Shown in pieces: positions 14,949-28,500 of a stretch of DNA of 64,000 bases. Both the position numbers and the translations under genes were made by a program. Each line of letters begins with the position of its first letter. Within the stretch, counting starts at the first letter, position 1. Source of the stretch: Felis catus (Eukaryota); NCBI RefSeq assembly GCF_018350175.1, contig NC_058383.1:17796001-17860000 (forward strand), written 5' to 3'. A model generated the notes under the pieces. The model had not been told where the DNA came from. It saw only the letters and a program-made list of their open reading frames with translations, and did not search any database.

Positions 14949-16149
14949 CCGGGACTCAAGTTTAAAAAAATTATAAAATAAGCAAGTAACTGTTGAGGTG
15001 ATATCAGTGGAAGGCACACCAAAAGCCAGAAGTATTCCAGTGAAAACCAGCAAAGGTAGGGCAAGAAAATACAAACACGGAAAAAGGCACTAGCTTGGAC
15101 AGCAATGAATAATTTGTGAACACAAGGGCGGGGACAGCAGGTGCTAGCGCAGGCAGGACAGCCAAGCAAGGAGTGGTTCCAAGACCAGACAGTGGACTGC
15201 CGTCAACAGAGAGGAGGGTTTTGTTAATCCAAGGACCAAATGGCACCTGCCTGATTGCAGGAATATTCCCAATGGGATAAAGCTATCTAGTATCTGTAGT
15301 CCAATGCCACAAACCATTAAGCTGATCCATCTCGGCTGAAAAACTAGGAGGATTTTGAATCTAGGAGGCAGAGGATACAATCCAGGACAGTGGGGAAGTA
15401 AGACCCTGGACGACAGCTAAGGCCCAGTCCAGTTTGAGGGCTCAAGGAGGGAGGAGGGAGGTTTCCCGGGGGGGGGGGGGGGGGAATGGGAATTTGAGGT
15501 TTGATGCTATCCCTGGTAGTTCAGAACAACTTAAAGAAGCAGAAAGGGCAGATGATGCAAGGAGAAAGGAAATATAATTAGAAAGTTTTTAAAAGCAAAC
15601 AATGACAATGGCAATATTACAATACGTAAATGTACCAAATCAACATGTTATACACCTTACATTTACACAGTGCTATATGTCAAATACATTTTAATTAAAA
15701 AAAAGCAAACACTGACCAGAAAAGAAACATAATCACAGCATGTATAGGGAATTTCACAAATTTATTACCTCATGTCTGGAAAAAAGGTGAGCAAAATGGG
15801 GCTAGAAACCAAGTAAGTATCATTGCAGGATGCTCACAAATAATTTCTAAAATGAGCCTATCAAGAAACAAGATAAGCATATTTTTAAAAATGAAAGCTC
15901 CAGAAGAAGTGGCTAAGAGTTAAAAGTATATTGATCCAGGGGCACCTTGGTGGCTCAGTCGGTTGAGTGTCTGGCTCAGGTCATGATCTCCGTGGTTCAT
16001 GGGTTCGAGCCCTGAGTTGGGCTCTGCACTGATGGTGTGGAACCTGCTTGGGATTCTCTCTCTCTCTCCCCTCCTTTCTGCTCCTCCCCTGATCCCACTC
16101 TCGCTCTCTCTCAAAATAAACAAATAAACTTAAAAAAAAAAAAAGGTGT

Positions 16150-18120
16150 ATCGATCCAGTTTGGGAAGATGAGAAAGTTCTAGAGAGGATGGCGGGGATG
16201 GTTAAGATGGCAGTGAAATAAGTCAGACACAAAAGGACACATGCTATATGGTTCCACTTACAGGATGTACCTAGAATAGGCAAATGCACAGACACATAAG
16301 GCAGATTAAAACTTAACCAGGATCCAGGCTAGAGAATGGGGAATGACCACCTAGTGGGTTCCCGGTTTTCTTTTGCAGTGATGAAAATGTTTTGGGAGTA
16401 GATAGTGGTGATGGTTGCACAGCATTGTGAATGTAATTAACACCACTGAACTGTAAAATTAAAAACGGTTCAAATGGCAAACTTTATATCTTGAGTTTTA
16501 CAATTGAAAAAATGTAACATACCAAAACCCATTAAACTGTACAATTTAAATGCAAGAGGTATCTATTGAGCTAATTTAATCTCAAAGCTGTTAAACAAAA
16601 TGCCTTATACAAACGTTCACAGCAACACAAAAGGTGGAAACAACTCAAATTTCCATCAGCTGATGAATGGGTAAACAAAATGTGGTATACATGTGTCCCC
16701 TCACTTTTCAAAAGCTCCCATTAGGCCACTTCACTTTAAGAAAAACCTACGTTAAGGGGTGCCTAGGTGGCTCAGTTGGTTAAGCATCCGACTTCGGGTC
16801 AGGTCTTGTGGTTCATGAGTTCAAGCCTGCATTGGGCTCTGTGCTGACAGCTCAGAGCCTGGAGCCTGCTTGACATTCTGTGTCTCCCTCTCTCTCTCTC
16901 TCTCTCTCTCTGCCCCTCCCCTGCTCGTGCTCTGTCTCTCTCTCAAAAATAAACAACCATTTGAAATAATATATTTGTTAAAAAAAAAAACACAAAAAAA
17001 CTCTACATTAGTACCTGTTTTCACTAACTGAAAGAAAGCCAAAAAGAATTTTTGCTTTTACAGAGGCAGCTTGCACCCCAAGCAGCGAGAGTGGACCCAC
17101 CAAGCTCCTTCCCAGGGAACTACACTCAGCCCCTTGGCATCAAGCTACTATAGCTTTGAACTGTGTGAGTATCTGTTCTTGATCTAGATTTATTTTGTGC
17201 GTCCTACGGTATAAGTAAAGCCTAAGAGAGGTTATTTTTGGGGTCTGGAAATGTTTAAAAAAAGTTTTCCATATAAGTTAATGGTAATTGTTTCTTGGCT
17301 TTACACCATTTCTGGATGGCTCAGTTGGTTAAGTGACCGACTTTGGCTCAGGTCAAGATCTCATGGTTCGTGGGTTCGAGCCCCACACTGGGCTCTGTGC
17401 TGAGCACTTGCTTGGAGCCTGGAGCCTGCTTCAGATTCTGTGTCTCCTTCTCTCTCTGCCCCTCCCCTGCTTGTGTTCTGTTTCACTCCGTCTCTCAAAA
17501 ATAAATGTAAAAAAAACCCTTTTTTTTTTTTTTTAAAAGAAAGGTTTCATAGAAACATTCTACTATCAGATAGCAGGGAAAACCTATATCCATACAGTAG
17601 AGTATTATTCAACCATAAAAGGGGTGAAGCACTGATAAATGCCACATCCATGAATCTTGAAAACTTTTTGCTAATTTCAGAAATCAGACACGTAAAGGCC
17701 ACAGATTGCAGGATTCTATTTCTGTGAAATATCCAGAAAAAGTAAATGCATAGAGACAGAAAGATTCGTGATTACCATGGGATGGAGGAAGGGGAGAATG
17801 AGTGGCTGCTCAAAGGGTTGGGGGTTTCCTTTAAGGGTGATGAAAGTAGTGCTAATGTTTGCATATTATTAATGTACTAAATGCTATTAAATTTTAAGGT
17901 ATAAAATTAGTTTTTGTTATATTTTACCACAATCAAAAATTGTGTAATGACTGGAAAGTGTGTACAAGGAGACATTCAGGGGTGACATCTAAGATGTATA
18001 TTTTGTTTTGAGTGATGGTTAACACGGCTGTATGCATTTGTCAAGACTCAGCGAATTTTACATTGAAGAGCTGTGCGTTTTACTTTATGTACAATATAAT
18101 TCAAATTAACAAAAGAGTTC
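16150..18120 (+). mobile_element. Old L1 3' UTR fragments (L1M-type), interrupted
   Basis: agtgaaataagtcagacacaaaaggac..., gatagtggtgatggttgcacagcattgtgaatgta, aaacaactcaaatttccatcagctgatgaatggg. Confidence 0.7.
16690..17586. mobile_element. Probable Tigger-like (TcMar) non-autonomous DNA transposon with two SINE insertions
   Basis: TA at both ends and degenerate inverted termini (tacatgtgtcccctcacttttcaaaag ... ctatcagatagcagggaaaaccta); family assignment from memory only. Confidence 0.45.
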
Positions 18121-18299
18121 AAAGTGGTCTTTAGGGAACAAAGTGAAAAGGGTACGGTGAGCTGCCTTTTTCATTAAAAACTTTGCATTACTTTTTAAAA
18201 ACCATGACTATTAGTTAATTTGGAAAAAATTAAAATGTAATTAAAAATGTCCCCATTCCGATTCCAACCTCACCAACCAAGTTCTCCCCCTGAGCTCCA

Positions 18300-19445
<1,146 letters not shown>

Positions 19446-19693
19446 TGAGGACCGAGAGGATTGTGAGCTCTAATCCCGCACTATTCCACCAACAGCACCA
19501 CAGCCACCTCCATTCCCAGGGCTTCAGGTTAGGGAGTGCTTCCATCCGGCATCCGCTTCCTTCAAGCAGGAGCGTGGCAGAACTTGTCCAGCTTGAGCAT
19601 AAGTTCTGAGGAGGTGCCCTTACCCTGGCAGGGGGATGCCATCTTCCCAGGACAGCCTCTCAGGCCAGCACTGTGATCCCTGTTCTCTCCCAG

Positions 19694-19807
19694 GATTCCC
19701 AGGCCCCAAACCAGCCCTCATCTCTTGGATGGAACAGGAGAGTGAGGCTTGGAGTCCCGCCGCCCAGGATCCTGAGGAGGGGGAAAGCCTGGGAGGAGCT
19801 CTGAGAG
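19694..19807 (+). CDS. ZNF688: ZNF688 coding exon 2 (KRAB-B)
   Basis: cccag acceptor, GFPGPKPALISWMEQESEAWSPAAQDPE, 114 nt, gtgagg donor. Confidence 0.93.
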
Positions 19808-20565
19808 GTGAGGGATTGTCCCAAGTCCTCCCCCCCACCCCCCACTTGGCGCTCCAGGGCTTCCTGTTTCACAGAATTTTCTTTTGAATCCCCACTGCCA
19901 GCGTCCCTAAAGGAATTAAAGAGACTGCCAATGTTGGATATTAAAGAGGAAAGAAGACAGACCTGGTACAAAATTTTCAGAACTTGGGACAGTAGTCACG
20001 TTAGGACCAGAGTAGGAGAAGTAGGAGCCCAAGTCCAAGACTCTGGCTTCTAGGTCCTACTTGGAGAAAACACCAGCCATTCTTCCCTTTTCAAGAACAA
20101 TTAAAAACCCCTAGGAATGGAAGCGGCTTCAGGTCTGCGTTTCACATTCCTCACGCAAGGCAAAGTGGTACAAGAGAAAATGCCCAGTAATCAACAACTT
20201 GGTTTCCCCCATCACCATCCCCTAGCCGAATGCTCTTCTGCAAATGTTTCCTCGTCTGTAGAAGTCTTACCCTACAAAAAAAATTGAGAAAACACAACAG
20301 TAATAGCTACTGTTTTCTTGAGCATTTGCTAAATGCTTAACATGCTTCTACTGATTTAATCCTCCTGGTGACCCTATGAAGTAAAGAAACCTTTGAATCC
20401 CATTTGCTACATTGAGACACCAAGGCCCAGATAAGTCACCCTTCAAAGCCTGTGTTTTAATCGCTGGACAGTACTTTTCTGACACTTCCTAAGTAAAAGA
20501 ATCCTATAACCTGAGACGGTGGAAGCAAATGTGTTTTAAAACGTATCTTAATTCCTGTTTCCCAG

Positions 20566-21086
20566 GAGGCACCCCAAACCAGAAGGAAGAGGCACCAGAG
20601 GAAGGGCCAGGAGCCAAGGGACCCAGAAAGACTCCTGGGAAGGAGCCTTCTAAAGAGCTGGTTAAACACAACCCTGACTGGACCGTAAGAAAGGTTTTGG
20701 CAAGAGCACAGCAACCCACCAGCGCTGCCTGGAACCAGAGCACAGGTGTGCAGCCCTCGGTCCCGGTGCCCGGCGTGGACACTCAGGACAGCCAGCGGCG
20801 TCACGTGTGTGCGGACTGTGGCCGCCGCTTCACCTACCCCTCGCTGCTGGTCAGCCACCGGCGCATGCACTCAGGGGAGCGGCCCTTCCCCTGCCCCGAG
20901 TGTGGCATGCGCTTCAAGAGGAAGTTCGCTGTGGAAGCCCACCAGTGGATCCATCGCTCTTGCTCTGGGGGGCGGCGGGGTCGGAGGCCTGGGATTCGGG
21001 CTGTGCCTCGGGCTCCGGTGCGGGGGGACCGGGACCCGCCGGTGCTGTTCCGACACTACCCGGACATCTTTGAGGAGTGCGGGTGA
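20566..21086 (+). CDS. ZNF688: ZNF688 coding exon 3 (2 C2H2 fingers + C-terminal motif)
   Basis: [42 protein letters not shown], ...[17 protein letters not shown]; spliced total 831 nt = 276 aa. Confidence 0.95.
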
Positions 21087-21998
21087 GCTGCTCCAGCAGG
21101 CTGGGGTGGAGCCTGACCTTGGACTGCCTGGGCCCCCCAGGGAGGCTCCTGAGTCAGGGATTTGGGAACCAGAAATTCATCCCTTGGGCTTCCCTCGAGG
21201 ATCCCTCAAGTTTTCAAACTTGTAAAAAGAAAAGTGCCTGTAAAGATTCAAATAGATTAAACTTGACGCTACTCCCCTCTCAGGCTTTCTAAAAAACTGA
21301 AGAGGGTAGACTTTTCTCAAAGTGTTCATCTCAGCAGCACATGCCACCGAGATCTTTCTGGGGTCTCAGAAACCAGCCCTTGCTGCTTCTCTACAGAGGA
21401 AGCAAATGCTGAGGGGACTAAGGCCTGGGGAGGCCCCAGGGGGTGGCGAAGCCCTGGCTAATTGACAGCAGCAGGGAGTCTGGGAAGTGAAGTGGGTGGA
21501 AAGAACACAGATGCATGGATCTAGTCTCTGCAACTTGTCCCCAGGCACAGCTGGTAAGTCACATGCCATCCCTGAGCCTCAGCTCCCTCACCTGTAAAAT
21601 AGAGATTCATAATATCTACCTCAGAGGGTTACTGTGAAGGCTGAAATTTTAACAAGGTAGTATGTACAACATAGTAATTGTGCAATAAACATTTGTGGGA
21701 AGAACAAATTATTGTTGATATTTTATGCATTTTAAAGAAAATGTAAAGAAGCCTGCTAAAGAGGCAGGGCATGGATATCAGCAGCCACATTTTGCAGATG
21801 AGTAAACTGAGGCTCTGAGAGAAAAAGTGATTTTCTCAAAGTGTCACTGCTATAAGGCAGCAAAGCTGGAAACTGACACAGTGCCTAGAAATCTGCCACT
21901 TTATTTTTCTTTTTAAAACTTATTTATTTTGAGAGAGAGCGAGCGTGAGCAAGCGAGTGGGAAAGGGGCAGAGAGAGAGAAAGGGAGAGAGGGAGAGG

Positions 21999-22046
<48 letters not shown>

Positions 22047-25000
22047 CTCAAGCAGGCTCTATGCTGTCAGCACAGAGCCTGACACCGGGCTCGATCCCAC
22101 AAACTATGAGATCATGACCTGAGCTAAAATCAAGAGTCGGACGCTTTACCAACTGAGCCACTCGGGCCCTCCTATCTACCACTTTCAATGGGCAGTCCTA
22201 TCTGGACAGAAAACAGATCAGGGGCTCAGGTGTGGCTGAGGTGAGAAAGGAGGCCTGGGCGGAGGCCTAGCCCTGCCTTCCTGGGGGAGTCTCAGCAGGA
22301 AACAGAGTCCCATCAAGGCCGGTGACCTTGCACTTAGTGCCATCAACATTCAGTGGCCATATGTTGAGTGGCTTCTGTGGGAGACTGCTAGGTGGTAAGG
22401 GAATTCTGGGATAAATTAGGCTGGTCCCATTCATTCATTCAACAAACACCCTATGAGGCCTCTGTGGGTTTTTGTGCTGGGCTCCAGGGACACTCAGACT
22501 CACTCGGACTCAGGTCCCAGGTTCCATGTGGGAAGATAGTGATTGGGGCTATGATGGAGGAAGCCCAGAGGCACCACCTAACCCATCCTGGCTGGGAAGG
22601 GAATGCAGGAAATGCAGCTTGGAGGAGATGGTTGTGCTTCCCATGACATGAGTAGGAATTAGAGTAGAAATAGAGCAGAGTAGGAATTGGTGTGTGTGGG
22701 AGGGAGATTTTCAGGCAAAGGGAGCCTTGTTTCATAGAAAGGATAAAAATCAGCACGGCGTGGAGTAGAGGTTAAGAGCATGGTCTCTGGAGTCAGGCTG
22801 TCTGGGTTCGGACCCTGACTCACTTGCTTTATAGCGGTGCAGTCTCTAGCAAGTCACTTCTTGCCCCGCCTCTCATGGGCCTTAGTCTCTTCATCCATGA
22901 AACCTGGATAATAAAAGCACCTACCTCATAAGAGTGGTGTAAGGATTAAATGAGAGGGTACAGGGGCCCCTGGGTGGCTCAGTCGGTTAAGCGTCTGACT
23001 TTGGCTCAGGTCATGATCTCACAGCATGTGAGTAAGGGCCCTGCTTCAGGCTCTGTGCTGACAGCTTGGAGCCTGGAGCCTGCTTCGGATTCTGCGTCTC
23101 CCCATCTCTCTGCCCCTCCCCTGCTCACGCTCTGTCTCTCTCTCCCTCAAAAATAAATAAACATTAAGAAAAGAAATTTTTAAATGAGATAATACAGAAG
23201 AGAACCTGGCACATTAGAGTTTAATAAACAGTGGTTATTGTTATTCCAAAACAATACAAAATAGTATGTGAAGAGGGCAAGGAGGAGACCTGGGCAGGTC
23301 TTCTGATTCAAGGAAGGTTTCCTGGAGGAGGTGGTTCAAACTGGCCTTGAAGGAAGGGAAAGATATCAACCAGATGAGGCATGTATAGGGCGTGGTCAGG
23401 GGCTCCACCTGAGTGGAAGGTAAAGAGCCAGGTACAGAGTCATAGAAGACACCTGCAGTAACCTGGGAAGGTCACAGATCCCAGCAGGAGGGCTTGGGGT
23501 TTACCCTGTAGGCACTCAGGAGCCATAGAAAGGTCTTGAATAGGAGCAGGGCTATTTGACTAGTGCTGTCTGAAGATGTCTTTGTAAAACAGTGTGGAGT
23601 GTGAGTAAGGAGACGGGACTAGGAATCTGTTCGGCATTTGCTCCCAGGTAAAGGTGAGCGAGAGCTGTGATCAGGCTAAAGACTTTTTCTTTTCCTTTTG
23701 TTTGTTGGTTTTTTTTTTTTTGGTTGGTTTATTTTTGAGAGAGAGAGAGAGAGACTTCACGTAGGGGAGAGGCAGAGAGGGTGAGAGAGAATCCCAAGCA
23801 GGCTCCATATAGCACGGAGCCTGACACAGTGCTCAATCCCACAAACTGTGAGGTCTTGACTGGAGTAGAAACCCAGAGTCAGAAGCTTAACCGACTGAGC
23901 CACCCAGGTGCCCCCAGCAAGACTTTTTCTTGCAGCTGCTCTGGTTTGCTGACTTTTGAATTGGGGAGAAAGATAGGAGAGGCTTCTGCCATAGAATCTG
24001 CATGGCTCGGTGACTGACAATATGAGCTATGAACAAGTAAGTCCCAGAGGGTTCAAGCATGGAGACATGGAGCAAGGGAGCCAGCAAGTGGGAGGGTGTA
24101 GAGGCCAAGGGATGACCAGTCCTAGAGAGGGATGAGTCAAAGAGAAAGGGAAGCTGGAGAGAAGAGGCCCCACCAGGGAGGGAAGAGCAGAACCAGGCAC
24201 AGTGTATCAAACACAGAGTTGCCCAGGCCAGCATACTGCACAGAGGGAGTGCTGTCTGCTTTCTTTCTGTGTATGCATTTAACAAGTAACAAATAGTAAG
24301 CATTTGCCATGAAGTAGGCACTATTCTCTGTGCAAGATACAGCAGGGAAAACAGACATAGGAACGAACCATTTTGGAACTTACTTTTGAGAAGCGTGGGG
24401 AGAGACAAGTGATAAGCCAGTACCTAAGTAAGACAAGGTATTGTAACTAAATAATAAGTACTACAAAGGTACTAAGAGATGTGCTCAAAGTGCCTGTTGC
24501 AGATGGGTACTTAGGCCAGGTCTTGGTACAGAGGAGACCTCTGAACGGAGTTCCAAACGATGAGAAAGAACCAAGGGGAAAGGGGTCAAGTGGCAGGATG
24601 TGGGAGTGGGGGAGCGCAGGGTTTCAGAGGCTGGGAGTCGGGGGCAGGCAGGGGTTCCCAGACAGACGGAATAGCAGATGCCATGCTCTGAGGTAGGGAT
24701 GAGTTTGGGTGAGGTGCAGAAAGGACACTGGTGGCTGGATGGAGGAACCGAGTGGAGAAGAATTACAGGTGAGCTTGGAGGAGGGGGAAGGGAGTGGGTC
24801 ACAGGACTCTGGCTGGCCATGGTGCCAAGTCTGGATTGATTCTAAATATATTGGGAAGCCACTGGGTTATGATTTTTCTTTTTCTTTTTTTTTTTTTTTT
24901 GTCTTGTGATAAAATATACACAACGCATTTTACCATTTTAAATATTTTTAAGTGTACAGTTTAATGGCATTAAGTACATTCACATTGTGTGCATCCATCA

Positions 25001-26394
25001 CCACCATCCCATCCCTCTCTAGAACTTTTCCATCTTCCCCAGCTGAAACTCGGTACCCATTAAACACTGACTCCCGACTCCTTTCCCCAGGCTCCCGCAA
25101 CGACCATTCCACCTGCTCTATGAATTTGACTGCTCTAGGGACCTCATAGAAACACCACTGGGAGGTTTTTTTTTGTTTTGTTTTATTTTTTTAATGTTTA
25201 TTTTTGAAGGATGGGGGGAGGGGCAGAGAGAAAGGGAGACACAGAATCCGAAGGAGGCTCCAGGCTCTGAGCTGTCAGCCCAGAGCCCTACGTGGGGCTG
25301 GAACCCACGAGCCGTAGATCATGGCCTGAGCTGAAGTCAGACACTTAACCCACTGAGCCGCCCAGGCGCCCCACCACTGGGAGGTTTTCAGTAGAGTGTC
25401 AAGGTGAGGTGATTTGCAAACCCATTCTGGCTGCCCTAAGAATGGGCTGCAGTGGGACAAGCAGAGTGGAAATGGAGAGTACCAGAAGGACCAGAGGTAA
25501 CCACTGAGAGTTAAAAGGACAGGACCTGTCTGTGGGCTGGATGTGGGGGCTGAGGCATCAGAGGAGCCTGGAATGATGATAAGGTTTTGGCTGAGTGAGG
25601 AGGTGGATGGAGGAGCCAGTTCCTGGGGGGCCCTGGGGTGGGGGGTGGGGGCGACGACAGGGTGGACTGCAGCATTTTAGAGCTGGAAGGGAGCGCTTGG
25701 GAGCTGGTTCCAAAGTTTAGGAAGCTGTGGGTGGAACACGTTTCTTTGCTGAGGAGGGGTGTGGGGAAGAATGCTTGTTCTTTCCAGAAGCTCTCCTGTA
25801 AATACTGTTCCACAGAATACGTTCTGAGAAAGGCTGAGGCCCGGTCTTAAAGACCTTATTTAAGATCACACAGTTGAATTAGTGGCAGAGGTAGGCTTGG
25901 AACCCAAACCTCTTGATTTCTCAGTGGGTGAGCCTACTCTTTTCACTACACCAGGCTGCAGTGTCGGATGGATGGGACAGGCAAAAGCTGGAAGCCCAGA
26001 CACCAGCCAGGTGACCCAGGCCCAAACCATCAAGGGCCTAAGCAAGAGGAGCCCACTGGTGACAGCTGCAACAGAGTGCCTTTTGGGAAGCCGGTCACCC
26101 TTCCTCCAGAGCAATTTCACATACCTCCTAAACACCTGAATGACACGCATATATATATATTTTTTGCCCTGACATGACCCTTAAATGCAACCCTTTTACT
26201 TACTTTCAATACTTACCAGAACCTGTCATTTTTTTCCTCTTTACATTTATATGACAGTATGGAATTGTACATGCGACCAGAAACAGCCCTTCTGCCCTCC
26301 TAACCACCTCGCATTACAACTGCATCTTGGTCACCTGGCTTGAAACCCTACCCCTCTCTGGTTGCTGAGGTTGTACGTTCAATTGTTTGAGGCA

Positions 26395-26620
26395 TTACAA
26401 CATGAGTTCTGGAGTTAGGCTGCCTGGGTTTGAATCCTGGCTTCACCACTTACTAGCTGTGTGGCCTGGGGCAAGGTCACCCCTCGGGCCTCAGCTTCCT
26501 GATCCAGAAGGGCACTTATCTTTGAGGGATTGTAAGGGTTAAATGAGTTAACTGGAGGAAGCACTTAGAACAGTCTGGCAAACAGTAAGTGATCAAAGTA
26601 ACATTATTGATGTCTTAGTC
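26395..26620 (+). mobile_element. MIR element
   Basis: ctggagttaggctgcctgggtttgaatcctggcttcaccacttactagctgtgtg MIR core. Confidence 0.8.
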
Positions 26621-27679
26621 GTTATCACAGAACCCACTGCAGCCCCTGTACAGGCTGCCATTGTTCTCTTAGAGGAGCCTGGGCTTGGGAAATCCGGGAG
26701 CACCTTCAACTGGAGTATCAAAACAGTTGAGGGGCGCCTGGGGGGCCGACTTCAGCTCAGGTCATGATCTCACGGTCCGTGAGTTCGAGCCCCACATCAG
26801 GCTCTGTGCTGACAGCCCAGAACCTAGAGCCTGGAGCCTGCTTCAGATTCTGTGTCTCCCTCTCTCTCTCTGCCCCTCCCCTGCTCATGCTCTGTCTCTG
26901 TCTCAAAAATAAATAAAAATATCTAAAAATTTAAAAAACAACAGTTGAGCCATGTCTTTCAGTAACTCATCTACTTTTTATACAGTCATCACTTAAATGG
27001 AGAATGCTGTTCATTTTCAGTAGGTCAGCAGGGGTCAGTACATTCAAAGTCTTCAGCTGCTTTTCTGGAACAGGCCTGGAGGAAGCAGGGCGAGATGGTG
27101 GAAGAGGCTCGAATTTAGTAGGAGTCTCAAGACCTGGAGTCACTAGGGTTGCCTGACCTTGGGAACAACTAGGTTTGTTTCCTCTTCAGTCAAATAGCTG
27201 AATTCTAAGGCATCCAGAGGCATCTGGCCCAGTGTCCTCCGTTAAAGACACAGCAAATGGGGGCGCCTGGGTGGTTCAGTCGGTTAAGGACCGACTTCGG
27301 CTCAGGTAATGATCCCACGTTTCATGGGCTCCAGCCCCATGTTGGGCTCTGTGCTGACAGCTCCGAACCTGGAGCCCGCTTCGGATTCTGTGTCTCCCTC
27401 TCTCTCTGCCCCTCCCCTGCTTGCTCGCGCTCTCTCTCAAAAATAAATTAAAACATTAAAAATTTTTTTTTAATAATAAAAAAAAAAAGACCTAGCAAAT
27501 GTATGGAAATACCACAGACAGGCTATATCTGGAGGCATTTAAGAAACGGTGAGGAGGCGTCACAAAATATCATGCTGTACCTTGCAAATGAAAAAAATAT
27601 TTTTGAGCAATGAACTAACTTGGTAAACATAATCTTTCTTGTAAGACCGGAATGGGCCTTCTGACCCGGATTGGAAGAA

Positions 27680-28500
27680 GGTCGCCAGGCCGGCAGCCCC
27701 TAGTCCTGGCCCCTTTTCCCTCCGTAGGACCCCTGGCCGCCACCGGCGCTCACGCACCGGAGCCTCTTCCCCTTTGCCTCGCCAAACCGGAGCACAGACG
27801 CCGAAGCGGCCACGGCCATCTTAACTATGGGCAAGAGGGTGTCCCAAGAGAGCTGGCGGAACAGAAGACAACTCGAAGGTGGAATACACCAGGTTATTAC
27901 CACCAGACCCATAATGACGCTATTAAATGCTTCGCTCTAAAACTGGAAGTCCCTGGAGTGCCACCATCTTTTCTGAGGGCGCCTTCATTTTCTCGGACCT
28001 GGGACCACCAAGTTCGCGTAACGGACCGTTTGTCGCCGTCCTAGAGCGGCCCCGCCGAGGCTACTTCCGGCCGCCTAGGCCCGGAAGAGCCCAGCTCCCC
28101 GGAGGTGGAATCCTGGGCGTCTCTCCTTGGTGCGCGGGGGTGGGGACCCCGACTCCGTCCTAGGCCAAGTTCCCGGCGCCCTGCTGAGGTGCCCGCTAAG
28201 GCCGGTCAGGAAGGAGGAGGGGAGAAAAGGCCGAGGGCTGCGAACTTCGTGAAGGTGGCCGCGTATTTTTTTCCCCGAGGAATGGGGATGTCTCTGGCCC
28301 GTGCCGACGGCCGTGTGCCGGAACGTGATGCGGGAGACCTACACCTACTTGGTTGTGCTCCGTGAGGTCTGGTCGTCCCGCATCTCAAGGGAAGGGGGCG
28401 GGTGAGATGCGTAAGTCTGGGTGCCAGACTCGCCCCCACTTCTCCCCTAGGTTGGGTTCGTTTCCCGTGATCCCCGCCAGATCGGCCTAACTGAAACGTA
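27680..28500 (+). promoter_or_regulatory. CpG-rich promoter-like island in front of a dead KRAB gene
   Basis: CpG-rich, YY1-like GGCCATCTT 27814, ETS-like acttccgg/ccggaag at about 28064-28087. Confidence 0.6.

Noticed and set aside
21078..21086. Shared Cys-Gly-TGA ending as selenocysteine or readthrough
   Set aside because: Sequence after TGA is not conserved between paralogues and I see no SECIS; TGA is simply the commonest stop in GC-rich genes.
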